A DNA stretch of 64,000 bases from an uncultured delta proteobacterium (GTDB lineage: Bacteria; Desulfobacterota; Binatia; UBA9968): positions 64,001 through 128,000 of the forward strand of contig CAVUVW010000017.1 of the NCBI GenBank assembly GCA_963745035.1, read 5' to 3'. Under the pieces are notes generated by a model. It did no database searches. It worked only from the letters and a program-made list of their open reading frames with translations, and had not been told where the DNA came from. Positions 10,353 through 23,542 of the stretch are shown in pieces (within the stretch, counting starts at the first letter, position 1; each line of letters opens with the position of its first letter). Position numbers and translations under genes: made by a program.

Positions 10353-12663
10353 TTACTCCACGCGGCCCTGAAGCCCGCGCCAAACTTTTTCCGGAGTGAG
10401 CGGTAAATCGTAGAGTCTAAGCCCCGTCGCCCGGTAGACGCGCGTTGGCAATGGCGGCCGCGACGGGCAACAAGCCTCCTTCGCCGGTGCCCTTGGCGCC
10501 GAACGGGTCCGGGACCGTTTTGGCTTTCGACTAAAATCGTCTCGAAAGCTTTTGGCAAGTGGTGGAAACTTGGCACCCGGTAATCGACTAGATTCGGGTT
10601 GAGCAACTGGCCGTCTTTGTAAACCATCTCTTCGAGCAGGCTGTGGCCGATGGCGTTCATCACGCCGCCCTCGTCCTGGCCTTCGCAAAGCACCGGATGG
10701 ATCGCCTTGCCGACATCGGCGAGGGAAACATACTTAAGCAGTTTAATTTCACCGGTGTCGCAATCCACTTCGACTTCCGCGCCACCCCAACTGATCTCCC
10801 AAAAATTTGTCGGCGAGCCGAGCGCCGCCTTCGGGCTTTTGATCGATTGGTACGCGCCCCGCCCGATCATCTCGCCCGATTTCGACAAGAACACCTTCTG
10901 CATCAATTCGACGAAAGGCAAACTGCGGCTCCGGTTCTCGACGATCTTTCCGCCGGCCAAGGACAACTGAGCCGGTTTGGTCTTGAGGACGCGCGCCGCG
11001 TGGCGCAGCAGTTGGCGCTTTAAATCCTGCGCCGCGCGCTGAACGGCCAACCCCATGACGACCGTGGAGCTGCTCGCATTGGTGTTGACGTCGTACGGCG
11101 TCACGTCGGTATCGAGCTGCGCCACCGTGACCGCGTCGTAGGGAATACCCAACTCCTCGGCGACGACCTGGCTGAGCGCCGTGCGCGCGCCCTGACCCAC
11201 TTCCACCGTGCCGGTAAGCAATATCACGCTGCCGTCGGCGTTCATTTTGACCGCGGCGGAGGAAACTTTGTAGGTGCCGCCGCCGTCCTTCATGCACACC
11301 GCCAGCCCTCTGCCCAACGCCTTGCCCGGACCGGGCGCTTTTTTCTTCGCGCTCCAGCCGATCTCTTCGGCGGCCTGCAGCAAACCGGCCTTGAGATCGC
11401 AATCCACCGGCGTATCGCCGGGCGTGTAGAGCTCGCCTTTCTTGAGCAGATTCTTCAGACGCAACTGCAACGGATCGACGCCGAGCTTGGCGGCGATGAT
11501 ATCCATCTGCGATTCGTACGCCCAGGTCACCTGCAAGGTGCCGAAACCGCGGTAGGCTCCCGCCGGCACCGTGTTGGTATAAACCGTATAGGCGTCCGTT
11601 TTCATGTGCGGCAAGCGATAGGGGCCAAAGCAACGGTAGCCGGCCTTCTGCGTCACGCGCGGCCCGGCGTCGGCGTAGGCTCCGGTTTCCATGTGAATCA
11701 GACACTGGCGCGCGACCAGCCTGCCGTCCTTCATCACACCGGTCTTGATCTGCACCCGCGCCGGATGGCGCGTCACGGTGCGAAAACTCTCCTCGATGGT
11801 GTGCGCCAGGCGCACCGGCCGCTGCGCTTTCCACGACAGCGCCGCGGCCAGCGGTTCGGTCTTGACCGCCAGCTTGCCGCCGTAGCCGCCGCCGACGTAG
11901 GGCACGATGACGCGCACCTTGTTGAGCGGCATGCGGAAGATCTCGGCGAGATGCTCGCGCAAAGTGAACGGTTCCTGGGTGCCGGCCCAGAGCGTGATGC
12001 GATCGCCTTCGACGTCGGCCACGGTGGCGTGCGGTTCCATCGAGAAATGCTGCACCCGCGGAAACGTGAACGTGTCTTCGAAAACATGATCGGCTTTCTT
12101 GAAGCCATCTTCGACGTCGCCTTTGGCGTAGCTGAAGCGGTAACACAGATTCGTGCCGCTGAATTCCTTCGGCGCCTCGTAGTGCTGACCCATCAGCTCG
12201 CCGCCGCTGGCCGCCGCTTCGTGCACCAGCGGGGCGCCGGGCGCCAGCGCTTCGTCGAGACTGGTCACGGCGCGGCAGATCCTCGTAATCGACCTCGATC
12301 AACGACAAGGCTTGCTCCGCGGTCGCCTCGTCCACCGCCGCCACCGCCGCGACCGGATCGCCGGCGTAGCGCACTTTGTCGACCGCGACGATGGTTTGAT
12401 CTTTATAGGCGGCGCCGAACATGCCCAAGCGCCGCTGGTCGTCGCGCGTGATCACGGCGAAAACGCCGGGGAGCTTCTCCGCCGCGCTGGCGTCGACGCG
12501 GGCAAGGCGCGCGTGGGCGTAGGGGCTGCGCAAAATTTTCCCGTGGGCCATATTGGGCAGCTCTACGTCCACCGTGTAGAGCGCTTTGCCGGTCACTTTC
12601 TCCGCGCCGTCGGAGCGCGCCTCCGCTTTGCCGACGACTCGATACTCCGCTGATTTTCTTCAT
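10353..12663 (-). CDS. Xanthine dehydrogenase-family molybdopterin-binding large subunit (several frameshifts)
   Basis: KVTGKALY, LRSPYAHA, GGGYGGK, AYRGFG, EVGQG, C-terminal GAKGTGE spread over four ORF pieces. Confidence 0.88.
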
Positions 12664-12666
12664 CCC

Positions 12667-14011
12667 TCAACCTCGATGACTGAAATTGTGGCGCACCCAC
12701 TCGAGCGCTTCCTCCCGGCTGCGCAGCTCGCCGCCCAACTGCCGATCCTCCACCTGACGCAGGATTTCCGCGAACAGCGGCCCGGGCGCAAATCCCAAAT
12801 CGATCAGATCGCCGCCGCGCAGCAAAGGCGCCGGGCGAATCTCTTCCTGTTCGAGCGCGGCCAGGCGCTCCATGCAAAACCGGTAATAACTGAGATCGCC
12901 GTTGGACGACAGCGCGTCGATGCGCGCCAGCTCGAGCAGCTCCTCGATGCCGTCCTCGCGGAGGAAACGCTTGAGCGTGCTCACGCGCATGTTCGGCGCC
13001 TGCACCAGGCGCAGGTGGTGGCGCACGAGATAGCTCACCCGCTCCCAGAGCGCGCGCCCGCGCTTGAGCCGTTTGAGAATCTCTTCGGCCATAGCGGCGC
13101 CCTTTTCGGTGTGGCCGTAAAAAGTCACGCGGTCGCCGTCACGCCGAAAACAGATCGGCTTGGCCACGTCGTGCAGCAGGCAGCCGTACGCCAGCGTCTC
13201 GGACGGCGCTTTGAGATGGCCGAGCAGCAGCATCGTGTGGGTGAAAACGTCGCCTTCGGGATGATAGTCGGGGCTCTGCCAGGTGCCCTTCAGCGCGTCG
13301 ATCTCCGGCAGCAACACTTTCAGCAGCCCGCTTTGATCGAGCAGCTCGAAGCCGCGCCGCGCGCCGCCCTCGGTGAGAATCCGCGTGATCTCGTCGCCGA
13401 TGCGCTCCCAGGCGATATCGGTGATCGCCGGCGCCAAGCTGTTGGATCGCCGCGAACGTCGCGTCTTCGATGACAAAGTCCAGGCTCGCCGCGAAACGCA
13501 CGGCGCGGATCATGCGCAGCCGGTCTTCTTGGAAGCGCTGGACGGCGTCGCCGATAGCGCGAATCCGGCCTTGTTCGAGGTCGCGCCGGCCCTCCACCAG
13601 ATCAATGACCCGATCGGCCACCGGGTCGTAAACCATGCCGTTGATCGTGAAGTCCCGGCGCCGCACGTCCTCCTCCAGGCTGCCGTAGCGCACCTGGCTC
13701 GGCCGGCGGCCGTCGAGGTAAGGTCCGTCGTCGCGAAAGCTTGCGACCTCGAAGGGCTGGCCGTCGATCAAAACGAGAATGACGCCGAACTGCGCGCCCA
13801 CCGGAACGGTGTCGGGAAAAATCCGTTGAACGTCCTCGGGGCGCGCGCTGGTCGCGATATCGTAGTCCTGCGGCTCTTTGCCGAGCAGCATGTCGCGCAC
13901 CGAGCCGCCGGCGAAATAGGCCTCATGGCCTTCGCGGCGAAGTCCCTGCACGATAAAAATAGCTTTCTCGCGCGCCGGCATCGGCGCGCCTGGGTTGGCG
14001 TTGGCTTCCAC
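12667..14011 (-). CDS. cca: CCA tRNA nucleotidyltransferase with HD domain (frameshift near 13440)
   Basis: GGSVRD..DYDIAT, RRDFTING, EDRLRMIRAVRF; then HPEGDVFTHT and LLHDVAK HD motif. Confidence 0.85.
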
Positions 14012-14041
14012 TGTCGATGAAAAAAAATCCGCGGTCGCTGT

Positions 14042-14428
14042 TCAGAGCGGAAAGGTCGTGCTCGCCGAAGGAATCAATTCCCGGACCTTGCCTTGCAGCT
14101 CCTGGAAGGTGAAAGGCTTGATGATGTAGCCGTTGCAGCCCGCCTCGAGGCAGTGTTTGAGGTCCGCGTCGCGGAACATCGCGGTCGCGGCCAAAATCGG
14201 GATATCCTTGATTTCCGCATGGGCGCGAATCTCGCGCGCCGCTTGCCAGCCGTCCATGCCCGGCATCATGATATCCATGATAATCAATTCGGGTTTCTCG
14301 CTCAGCGCCTTTTCCACTCCCTCATTGCCGCGCTTGGCGGTGATCGGTGTAAATCCCATGAGCTCGATCTGCCAGGTCAACAGCTCGCGCATGTCGCCGT
14401 GGTCTTCGATGATCAAAACTTTCTTCAT
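14042..14428 (-). CDS. Single-domain response regulator (DivK/CheY-like)
   Basis: VLIIED, IMDIMMPGMDG, ATA, IKPF receiver motifs. Confidence 0.9.
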   Translation of the reverse strand: MKKVLIIEDHGDMRELLTWQIELMGFTPITAKRGNEGVEKALSEKPELIIMDIMMPGMDGWQAAREIRAHAEIKDIPILAATAMFRDADLKHCLEAGCNGYIIKPFTFQELQGKVRELIPSASTTFPL

Positions 14429-14476
14429 GATCCGAGCCTGACTAAGCCTTTGGGGGAAACCGCGCGCCGCGAAACC

Positions 14477-14491
14477 GCATAAACTATGCCG
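14477..14491 (-). promoter_or_regulatory. Candidate sigma54 -24/-12 promoter
   Basis: Minus strand CGGCATAGTTTATGC = GG-N10-GC, about 50 nt upstream of the response regulator ATG. Confidence 0.45.
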
Positions 14492-14563
14492 TAGCGGGTC
14501 CGTAACTGTCAAGCCGCCGCTACGACGGCAAACGGGTCGGGGCCGCCGGCGCCGGGAACTTGT

Positions 14564-15814
14564 CTATTTTGTGGCGGTTTTCGTAGCGTTACCGACAACT
14601 ACCGTGATCAGGTCGTCCGGTCGGAGATACTGCTTGGCCACGCGCGCGACGTCCTCGCGCGTGACTTTGCCGATGAGCCCGTTGTAGCGTTCGGGGTAAT
14701 CCAGGCCGAGCTCGTAATATTCGACTTGCGCCAGAAAGCCGGCCACTTTCCGGTTGGTGTCAAAGCGCAGCGGGAAGCTGCCGATCAGATAGTCCTTGGC
14801 GTCGCTGAGCTCACGCTCCTCCACCGGCTGCTCGCGCATCCGGCGCATTTCGTCCTTGGCGATGCGGATCGCTTCCGCGGCGGTCTCGTTCTTGGTTTGC
14901 ATCACGAACTGAAAAGAGCCGTGGCTTTTTTCGGCGGCGAAGTAGCTGTATACCGAATACGCCAGGCCGCGCTCGTTGCGGATCGAATCCATCGCCCGCG
15001 ACGAAAAACCGCCGCCGCCGAGAATATAGTTCATCACCTGAATCGCGTAGTAATCCGGGTTGCCGCGCGCCACGCCGTTGTGGCCGAGCACGATGTTGGC
15101 CTGAGTAAGATCTTTTTTGACCTGCACAACCTGGGGCTGGCCGATCTGCGCCGGCGCCGCCGGCTTAGCGCCCGCCGCGCCCTTGCTCCAGCCTTTCATC
15201 GCCTTGCTCAGCGCCTCGGCAATTTCTTTTTCCGCCACGTCGCCGACCACGGCGATGATCGCGCGGTTGGGCCGATAATGGCGCGCGTAGAAATCTTGCA
15301 GCGCTTTTTGCTGCACGAGCTTGACGGTCGCCTCGGTGCCTTCGACCGGCCGGCCGTAGGGGCTCTTCGGAAACAGCGCCGCGGCGAACGCGGTTCCAGC
15401 CACGGCGCCGGGGTCTTCCTGGCGCGCTCGGATCGAGGCGATGACCGCCTGCTTTTGGCGGTCGATTTCCACCGGCGGAAAGCTCGCTTGGGTCAACACT
15501 TCGGCGAGCAGATCGAGACCCGCGGCGAGATCTTTTTTGAGAATCGTCATGCTCACCGTGGCCACATCTTCGCCGCAGCTCGCCGACAGGCTGGCGCCCA
15601 TGAAATCGAGCGCCTCGCTGATTTGCACGGCGCTGCGCTTTTGTGTTCCCTGGGTCAGAAGCCGCGCGGTGAGATTGGCCAGACCGGCTTGCTCGGCCGG
15701 CTCATGACGCGAGCCGGATTCGATCAGCAGCTCGATCGACACCATCGGCAGCGCGCGCTGCTCCGAGGTGAGCAGCACCAGGCCGTTATTGAGAACCGTG
15801 CGTTTGGGCACCAT
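14564..15814 (-). CDS. M16 peptidase family, non-catalytic subunit
   Basis: GLANLTARLL replaces HxxEH; LGGGGFSSR and RNERGLAY present; true start probably near 15887 with an indel. Confidence 0.88.
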   Translation of the reverse strand: MVPKRTVLNNGLVLLTSEQRALPMVSIELLIESGSRHEPAEQAGLANLTARLLTQGTQKRSAVQISEALDFMGASLSASCGEDVATVSMTILKKDLAAGLDLLAEVLTQASFPPVEIDRQKQAVIASIRARQEDPGAVAGTAFAAALFPKSPYGRPVEGTEATVKLVQQKALQDFYARHYRPNRAIIAVVGDVAEKEIAEALSKAMKGWSKGAAGAKPAAPAQIGQPQVVQVKKDLTQANIVLGHNGVARGNPDYYAIQVMNYILGGGGFSSRAMDSIRNERGLAYSVYSYFAAEKSHGSFQFVMQTKNETAAEAIRIAKDEMRRMREQPVEERELSDAKDYLIGSFPLRFDTNRKVAGFLAQVEYYELGLDYPERYNGLIGKVTREDVARVAKQYLRPDDLITVVVGNATKTATK

Positions 15815-15883
15815 GCCTCCCCAAGTCGTGAAAAGCGCCGACGGCCGAGACGAGCAGAACCGCGCACGCCCACGACAATTTTT

Positions 15884-17212
15884 TCATTGGGATTTTTCTT
15901 TGGTCGGAATCAGCGTGCCGACGGTGCGCCGGTCCGGGTTTAGATACTGGCCGGCGACCCGCCGAATATCTTCGCGCGTGACTTTCCTGATGCCATCGAG
16001 ATAGGCGTCCATCTGGCGCCAGCCGCCCACCGCTTCATAGTAGCCGATCTTCATCGCCTGGCCGAAAATCGAATCCTGGGCGAAAACAAAGGCGGCCTCG
16101 ACCTGGTTCTTGGCCTTTTGCAGCTCACGCTCGCTGATCAGTTCGGTCTTCACCTTCTCCAAATTGCGATTGATCTCCCGCTCCACCGCCGCCGCCTCGA
16201 TGCCGGGAAGGAGCTGGGCGTACACCGATAAACCCGCCGGATCGATGGAAACGCCGCTGTAGTCCGCATCGACGCCGCGCACCAGGCGCTTCTGGTAGAC
16301 GAGATCGTGATGGAGCCGGGAGCTTTTCCCCCCCGCCAGCACCACCGACAGAAGATCGAGCGCGAAGCTGTCCGGGTTCTCAAGATTGGGCGCATGGTAG
16401 AACGCCAGCACCAACGGCAGCTCGGCCTCTTTTTTGAGAATCACCCGCCGCTCGCCGCGCTGCTCCGGCTCTTCGGCGCTGACCTTGGGTGGCTCGGGGC
16501 CGCGCGGGATCTTGCCGAACGCGGTCTTGATTTTCTCGAGCGCTTGCTCAGTGGAGAAATCGCCGACCATGACGATATACGCGTTGTTCGGCGCGTAGTA
16601 CAGTTTATAGAAGTCGACCAGGTCCTGGCGCTCTAAATTTTCGATATCCTGCATCCAGCCGACGATCGGCCGGCGATACGGGTGGATCGTGTAGGCGACC
16701 GCGCTCGCGACTTCACCGAGCGCCGCGGCCGGATTGTCCTCGGTACGCATGCGCCGCTCTTCCTGAATGACTTTCTTTTCCGGCTCGAAGTATTTTTCGC
16801 CGAGCAATGCATTGGCCATGCGGTCGGCTTCCAGATCGATCTCGATGCCGATCTTTTCCCGGCTCATGGTCGCGAAATACACGGTCACGTCCGACGACGT
16901 AAATGCGTTCGAGCGCCCGCCGTTTTTCGCGATGATGCGCGAGTACTCCTCCGGCCCCGTGTGCGGCGTTCCTTTGAACATCATGTGCTCGAGAAAATGG
17001 GCGAGGCCGCTCTTGCCGTCTTTTTCGTTGCGCGCGCCGACGCGGTACCAGACCTGAAATGTGACCGCCGGGCTCTTGTGATCTTCGAGCAACAGCACTT
17101 TGAGGCCGTTGTCGAGCACGAACTCCTGGACTTGAGCGGCATCGAGCGGGGTGGTGAGAGCGCCTAGCATAGCTGTCAACAGCGCGACGAGACCAAACCG
17201 AAATCGCGGCAT
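15884..17212 (-). CDS. M16 zinc peptidase (pitrilysin-like), catalytic subunit, with signal peptide
   Basis: GLAHFLEHMMFKGT (HxxEH), NAFTS, YAPNN motifs. Confidence 0.92.
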   Translation of the reverse strand: MPRFRFGLVALLTAMLGALTTPLDAAQVQEFVLDNGLKVLLLEDHKSPAVTFQVWYRVGARNEKDGKSGLAHFLEHMMFKGTPHTGPEEYSRIIAKNGGRSNAFTSSDVTVYFATMSREKIGIEIDLEADRMANALLGEKYFEPEKKVIQEERRMRTEDNPAAALGEVASAVAYTIHPYRRPIVGWMQDIENLERQDLVDFYKLYYAPNNAYIVMVGDFSTEQALEKIKTAFGKIPRGPEPPKVSAEEPEQRGERRVILKKEAELPLVLAFYHAPNLENPDSFALDLLSVVLAGGKSSRLHHDLVYQKRLVRGVDADYSGVSIDPAGLSVYAQLLPGIEAAAVEREINRNLEKVKTELISERELQKAKNQVEAAFVFAQDSIFGQAMKIGYYEAVGGWRQMDAYLDGIRKVTREDIRRVAGQYLNPDRRTVGTLIPTKEKSQ

Positions 17213-17525
17213 GATGATTCAAGGTAAAGCATGCGACCCCAAAGTCAAGGTAATGCTCGGTGAATCGACGGTGGCACGCTAGTACCGATTATTCATCGCC
17301 CGAGATACACTCAGAAGATTCTGTCGGCCGAGGTGTGACCCTGCAGGGGCAAAGGCACCGACGCCAAATGCTTCATGATCATGCAGGGTGCTTGGCACGA
17401 TGATCAACCTTTCTCACCGGAGATCTCATGAATACTCGCTCGCTTGGCATTACAGAGGCACAGGCCCATTGCCTTTGCTCCGGAAGGGTTGTGCCTCGGC
17501 CGCACCGCATGTGAGTCAATCCGGG

Positions 17526-18788
17526 CTACTGCGCGGCGCGCGCCGGCCGGCGCGCGAGAAAAATCAACAGCGCGGCGATCAGATAGCTCGCCAGAAAAAT
17601 CGCGAAGATCTCGCGATAGCCACCGAAGTGGTCGAAGGCGATGCCGGCGAACAAGGCGCCGAGACCGAGCCCGCCCTTATGAAAGGGGTCGAGGATGCTG
17701 CTGATCGCGCCGAACGAGCGGCGACCGAAATAGCGCGCGATCAGAACCTGGGTGAGCACCGCGGCGCCGCGCGCGTTGGTGCCGAAGAGCAGCGCGAAGA
17801 GATACGCCGCCGCGGTTGAGCGCGCCTGCATCAGCAGGGCCACCGAAGCGGCAGCGACCAGCAGCGTGATCACGCTCAGCCGGCGCGGGTGAACGCGCTC
17901 GGCGAGGGCGCCCCAGACACCGTTGCCGAACGCGCCGGCGAGCGCCATCACGCTCACCACGCCGGCGGCGAGCGCCGGCGCGAGCGCGCCGTCGGTCAGA
18001 TATGCGGCCAGATGAAATGCCACACCGCCGGTGCCGATGGACGACAGAAAAGCGCTCGCGACGAGAAGCCAAAGCGTGGCGGTTCGCAGCGCTTCGGCGC
18101 GCCGCCAACTGTATTCGAGCGCGACTTCGTGCGCGCCCGCGCCGCTGCGTTCGACGATCGAAGAGGACGACGCAATGCGCTCGGCGCCGTCGGGCAGCAG
18201 GCCGAGATCTTCGGGCTGGCGGCGCAGAAAAATCAAGCCGGGAATCACCACCAGCACCCAGAGCGCGATGCCGAGGGCGAAAAACGCGCTGCGCCAGCCG
18301 TAGTGCGTGACGAAGAATTGATAGACGAGCGACAGCGCCGCAGAGCCGAGCGGCGTGGCCATCGCGACCAGCCCCATCACGCGCGGCCGCTTGAGGTAAA
18401 ACCAGTTGGCGACGGCGGTGAACGCCACCATGCCGCAGAGCAAGAATTCCGTGAGTGCGCGTGCCGGAACGAAGGTCGCGTAGAATTGCCAGGGCTCGGT
18501 GCTGAGACTCACGCCGATCGCGAGCAGTCCGACCAGAGCTCCACCGGCCGGCAAAAGCATACGCGGGCCGAGTCGGTCGGCGAGCGGACCGAAGATCGGC
18601 GAAAGCGCACCGCCGAGCAGCGCGCCCAAGGTGATCGCTGCGGCGGTGAGCGAGCGCGTCCAGCCGAGATCGTCGCTGATCGGCTTCAGCACCACGGCCA
18701 TAGTGATGTTGCTCACGCCGGCGGCGAGGACGCCTGACAGTGCGACGATGACGACGATCACCCAGCCGTAAAAAAACGGCAGGGTCAC
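17526..18788 (-). CDS. MFS transporter
   Basis: About 12 hydrophobic segments, GPLADRLGPR motif A, FFYGW N-terminus. Confidence 0.9.
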   Translation of the reverse strand: MTLPFFYGWVIVVIVALSGVLAAGVSNITMAVVLKPISDDLGWTRSLTAAAITLGALLGGALSPIFGPLADRLGPRMLLPAGGALVGLLAIGVSLSTEPWQFYATFVPARALTEFLLCGMVAFTAVANWFYLKRPRVMGLVAMATPLGSAALSLVYQFFVTHYGWRSAFFALGIALWVLVVIPGLIFLRRQPEDLGLLPDGAERIASSSSIVERSGAGAHEVALEYSWRRAEALRTATLWLLVASAFLSSIGTGGVAFHLAAYLTDGALAPALAAGVVSVMALAGAFGNGVWGALAERVHPRRLSVITLLVAAASVALLMQARSTAAAYLFALLFGTNARGAAVLTQVLIARYFGRRSFGAISSILDPFHKGGLGLGALFAGIAFDHFGGYREIFAIFLASYLIAALLIFLARRPARAAQ

Positions 18789-18997
18789 CCGTGGTCGTCC
18801 TCAATCATGGTCGAAGAGATGGTTTTTTTGATTGTACAATCAGGCGGCATCGACACGGAACTCGTTCGGCGATGGGCATCGTATAACCGCTCGACGAGCG
18901 CCTTGCAATGACAAGCCGCCGATGCGGGGCGTTTTCGCTCCCCTCGTTTGACTCCCCCACCACGCCACCATACTATGATTGCCATCGGGAGGAATTC

Positions 18998-20429
18998 ATG
19001 GCCGACGTTACCGACATGCGCGGATATATCGAGTTGCTCGAAGAAATGGGCGAGCTGCGCCGCATCGACGGCGCCGACTTGAAGACCGAAGTGGGCGCGC
19101 TCACCGAGCTTGCGGCCGACAAAGAAGGGCCCGCGCTGCTGTTTGATAATTTCAAGGATTATCCGGCCGGCTTTCGGATTATTTCCAACGTCTTCCGCAC
19201 CTGCAAGCGCACCGGCCCGGCGATGGGCATCAACGAGGAGAACGGCATCGACTATCTCTACGCCTGGCGCAAAAAGCTCGCCGCGTACAAGCCGGTGCCG
19301 GTGGACCAGTTGGAAGGTGGCCCGATCCTCGAAAACCAGATGGCCGGAAAGGACGTCGATCTCTACAAATTTCCCGTGCCCAACTGGCACGACTTGGACG
19401 GCGGCCCGTACATCGGCACTGGCTGCGGCATCATCACCAAAGATCCGGAAACCGGCAAGATCAACATCGGCACCTACCGCGTCATGGTGCAGGACAAAAA
19501 TCATGTCTCAGTGAAGATGAACATGGGCAAGCACGGCCGGCTCGCCTTCGAGCGCGCGCGCGACGCCGGCAAGCCGCTCGCCGCAGCGATCACCTTGTGC
19601 CAGGGGCCGGCGATTTTTCTTGCCGGCGCAAATGCCGCTGCCGCCCGACGTAAACGAATTCGAATTCGCCGGCTATCTGCAGGGCGCCCCGGTGCCGGTA
19701 GTGCGCGGCGCGGCAACCGGTCTCCCTTTGCCGGCCAACGCCGAGATCGTCCTCGAAGGCGAGATCCTGCCGATGAAGGACGAGGAAATGCCCAGGGAAG
19801 GTCCTTTCGGCGAGTGGCCGGGCTACTTCACCGAAGCCAACGTCGGCGAGACCCCCGTGATGGAAGTGAAGCGCGTGTATTACCGCAACGATCCGATCCT
19901 GCTCGGCGCGCCGCCGCTCAAGCCGCCGTCGAGTTATCTGCCGATTCCGCTCGGCGCCGCGACTCTATGGGAACAGCTCGAAAAGGCCGGCATCCCCGAA
20001 GTCAAAGGCGTATGGGGCTTTGTCTACGGCGGCCAGCCCGGACCGTTTACCGTGGTCTCGATCAAGCAGCGCTACGCCGGGCATTCGAAACAGGCCCTGC
20101 TCGTCGCCGCCGGCGCGCGCGCCGGCGCCTACGGCGGCAAGTTCGTCGTGGTCGTCGACGACGATATCGACATCACCAATCCCGCCGACGTAATCTGGGC
20201 CATCGCCACTCGTTGTCACGTGCGCGAAGACCTCGACATCGTCAAAGGTGTCTGGGCCTCGGTGTGCGAGCCGGCGCTGCCGCCCGAAGAGCGCTCGCCG
20301 CGCGGCTACACTACCGATCGGGTCCTGATCGACGCTTGCCGGCCGTTCAAGTGGATGGATCAATTTCCCGCGGTCAACGCGTTCACCAAAGAATACAAGG
20401 AGCGGATTGCCGAGAAGTTCAAAATGTAG
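18998..20429 (+). CDS. UbiD-family prFMN-dependent decarboxylase (frameshift near 19628)
   Basis: DGGPYIGT, NIGTYR, EIVLEG, EGPFGEWPGY, VVVVDDDID, WAIATR motifs; GGAGG RBS. Confidence 0.9.
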
Positions 20430-20524
20430 CCATGGCGCTGCACGTTCCGGGCCGCTATGATTTCGCCCGCGCCGACGTCAAACGGTTAATGTTCGGTCTT
20501 CACGGACGAAACTGAGGTGATCCG

Positions 20525-21169
20525 ATGGGCACGATCGAAGCATTAAGTTTGGCCATGGGCACGGCTTGGACGTCGGGCATCAACCTGTACGCCACCGTCG
20601 CGGCCTTGGGCATCGCCAACCGGATGGAGATGATCCATCTGCCGCAGAATCTCGAAGTGCTGTCCCATCCCGGCGTGATCGCCATCGCCTGCGTCATGTA
20701 TTTGATCGAGTTCTTCGCCGACAAAGTGCCCTACGTCGACAACGGTTGGGACGCGCTTCATACTTTCATTCGCGTGCCGGCCGGAGCGATCCTGGCAGCG
20801 CAGTCGCTGGGCGATCTCAATCCGGCAATGGAGTTGATGGCGCTGCTCGCCGGCGGTTCGGTTTCGCTGGTAGCGCACGGCACCAAAGCGACGGCGCGCC
20901 TGGCGATCAATGCGAGCCCCGAGCCTTTCAGCAACTGGGCGGCGAGCGTAACCGAAGATGTCGCCGTGTTCGGCAGCATCTGGCTCATGTTTAATCATCC
21001 GATCATGATGTTGATCCTGGTGTTGACTTTCCTCGCGCTCGTATCGTCTGGCTGGCGCCCAAGATCTATCGACTCGCCAAGCGCGGCTTTCAGGCGCTCC
21101 GCGACAAAATGCGCGGCGGCAGGCCCGATCAACCGGCGCCGAGCGGATCCATCGACCCAGCCCACCTAG
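20525..21169 (+). CDS. DUF4126-family membrane protein
   Basis: SGINLY, EFFADKVP.VD..WD..HTFIR, SPEPFSN motifs; probable C-terminal indel. Confidence 0.8.
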   Translation: MGTIEALSLAMGTAWTSGINLYATVAALGIANRMEMIHLPQNLEVLSHPGVIAIACVMYLIEFFADKVPYVDNGWDALHTFIRVPAGAILAAQSLGDLNPAMELMALLAGGSVSLVAHGTKATARLAINASPEPFSNWAASVTEDVAVFGSIWLMFNHPIMMLILVLTFLALVSSGWRPRSIDSPSAAFRRSATKCAAAGPINRRRADPSTQPT

Positions 21170-21186
21170 CGGTAACTGCAAATCTC

Positions 21187-22874
<1,688 letters not shown>

Positions 22875-22957
22875 GGCTACTTGGCTGGGGATATCCGCGC
22901 GGGCGCGCCGCATCAGAACCGCGCAGGACCTCAGGCGCAATTGTGAAAATGAAAAGC

Positions 22958-23461
22958 TTACGTCGAGGTGGGCGTCACGCCATAGACGTGCCCGCAGGCG
23001 CTGCAGAAGATAATGTTGAAAGGCGCCAAAACAAACTGTTTGCCGCGTGCGGTGCTCGAACCGGCTTTGCGTGAGACAATGCGGTCGGTGCCCACCACGG
23101 AGCAAGAGGGGCATTTCGGCTCCGGCTCGACTTTGTGCTTAAAATCCTGGGTGAAGTGAAAGCCGTTGCCGGGATCGGAATTGGCTTTGGGATCCTCTTC
23201 TTCTTCCGCAGTACTCTGTTCTCTTTGGGGTTCGCCTTCGGCAGGGCGGGTTACCTGATCGTAGTTCGCGCGGCGGTTTAAATCGGAAAGAATCTCATAG
23301 GCGTCCAGAACTTGCTTGAACTTGCCCGCGGCTTCGTCGTTTCCGGGGTTGCGGTCTGGGTGATAGCGAAAAACCGCCTTGCGATACGCCCGTTTGATTT
23401 CTTCCGGGCTCGCGCTGCGCTTTACTCCCAAGACGGAATAGTAGTCGTGCGTCTCTTCCAC
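22958..23461 (-). CDS. J-domain protein with C-terminal CxxC...CxxC zinc ribbon
   Basis: DYYSVLGV, intact HPD, CPSC and CSAC pairs. Confidence 0.85.
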   Translation of the reverse strand: MEETHDYYSVLGVKRSASPEEIKRAYRKAVFRYHPDRNPGNDEAAGKFKQVLDAYEILSDLNRRANYDQVTRPAEGEPQREQSTAEEEEDPKANSDPGNGFHFTQDFKHKVEPEPKCPSCSVVGTDRIVSRKAGSSTARGKQFVLAPFNIIFCSACGHVYGVTPTST

Positions 23462-23542
23462 TATTCGAGACTCTCCACCGCTCGATCATTCCCGCAGCCG
23501 AAAATCGGAAAACCCTTGGATTGTTGAAGAGACTTGCAGGCG

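Noticed and set aside
10353-12663. Aerobic CO dehydrogenase CoxL
   Set aside because: Lacks the AYxCSFR and AYRGAGR signatures and coxM/coxS neighbours
17428-17514. 28-aa ORF with GGAG upstream and hairpin GAGGCACA...TGTGCCTC (17455-17497)
   Set aside because: No recognisable RiPP or leader features; the hairpin may simply end the MFS transcript; no riboswitch consensus recognised
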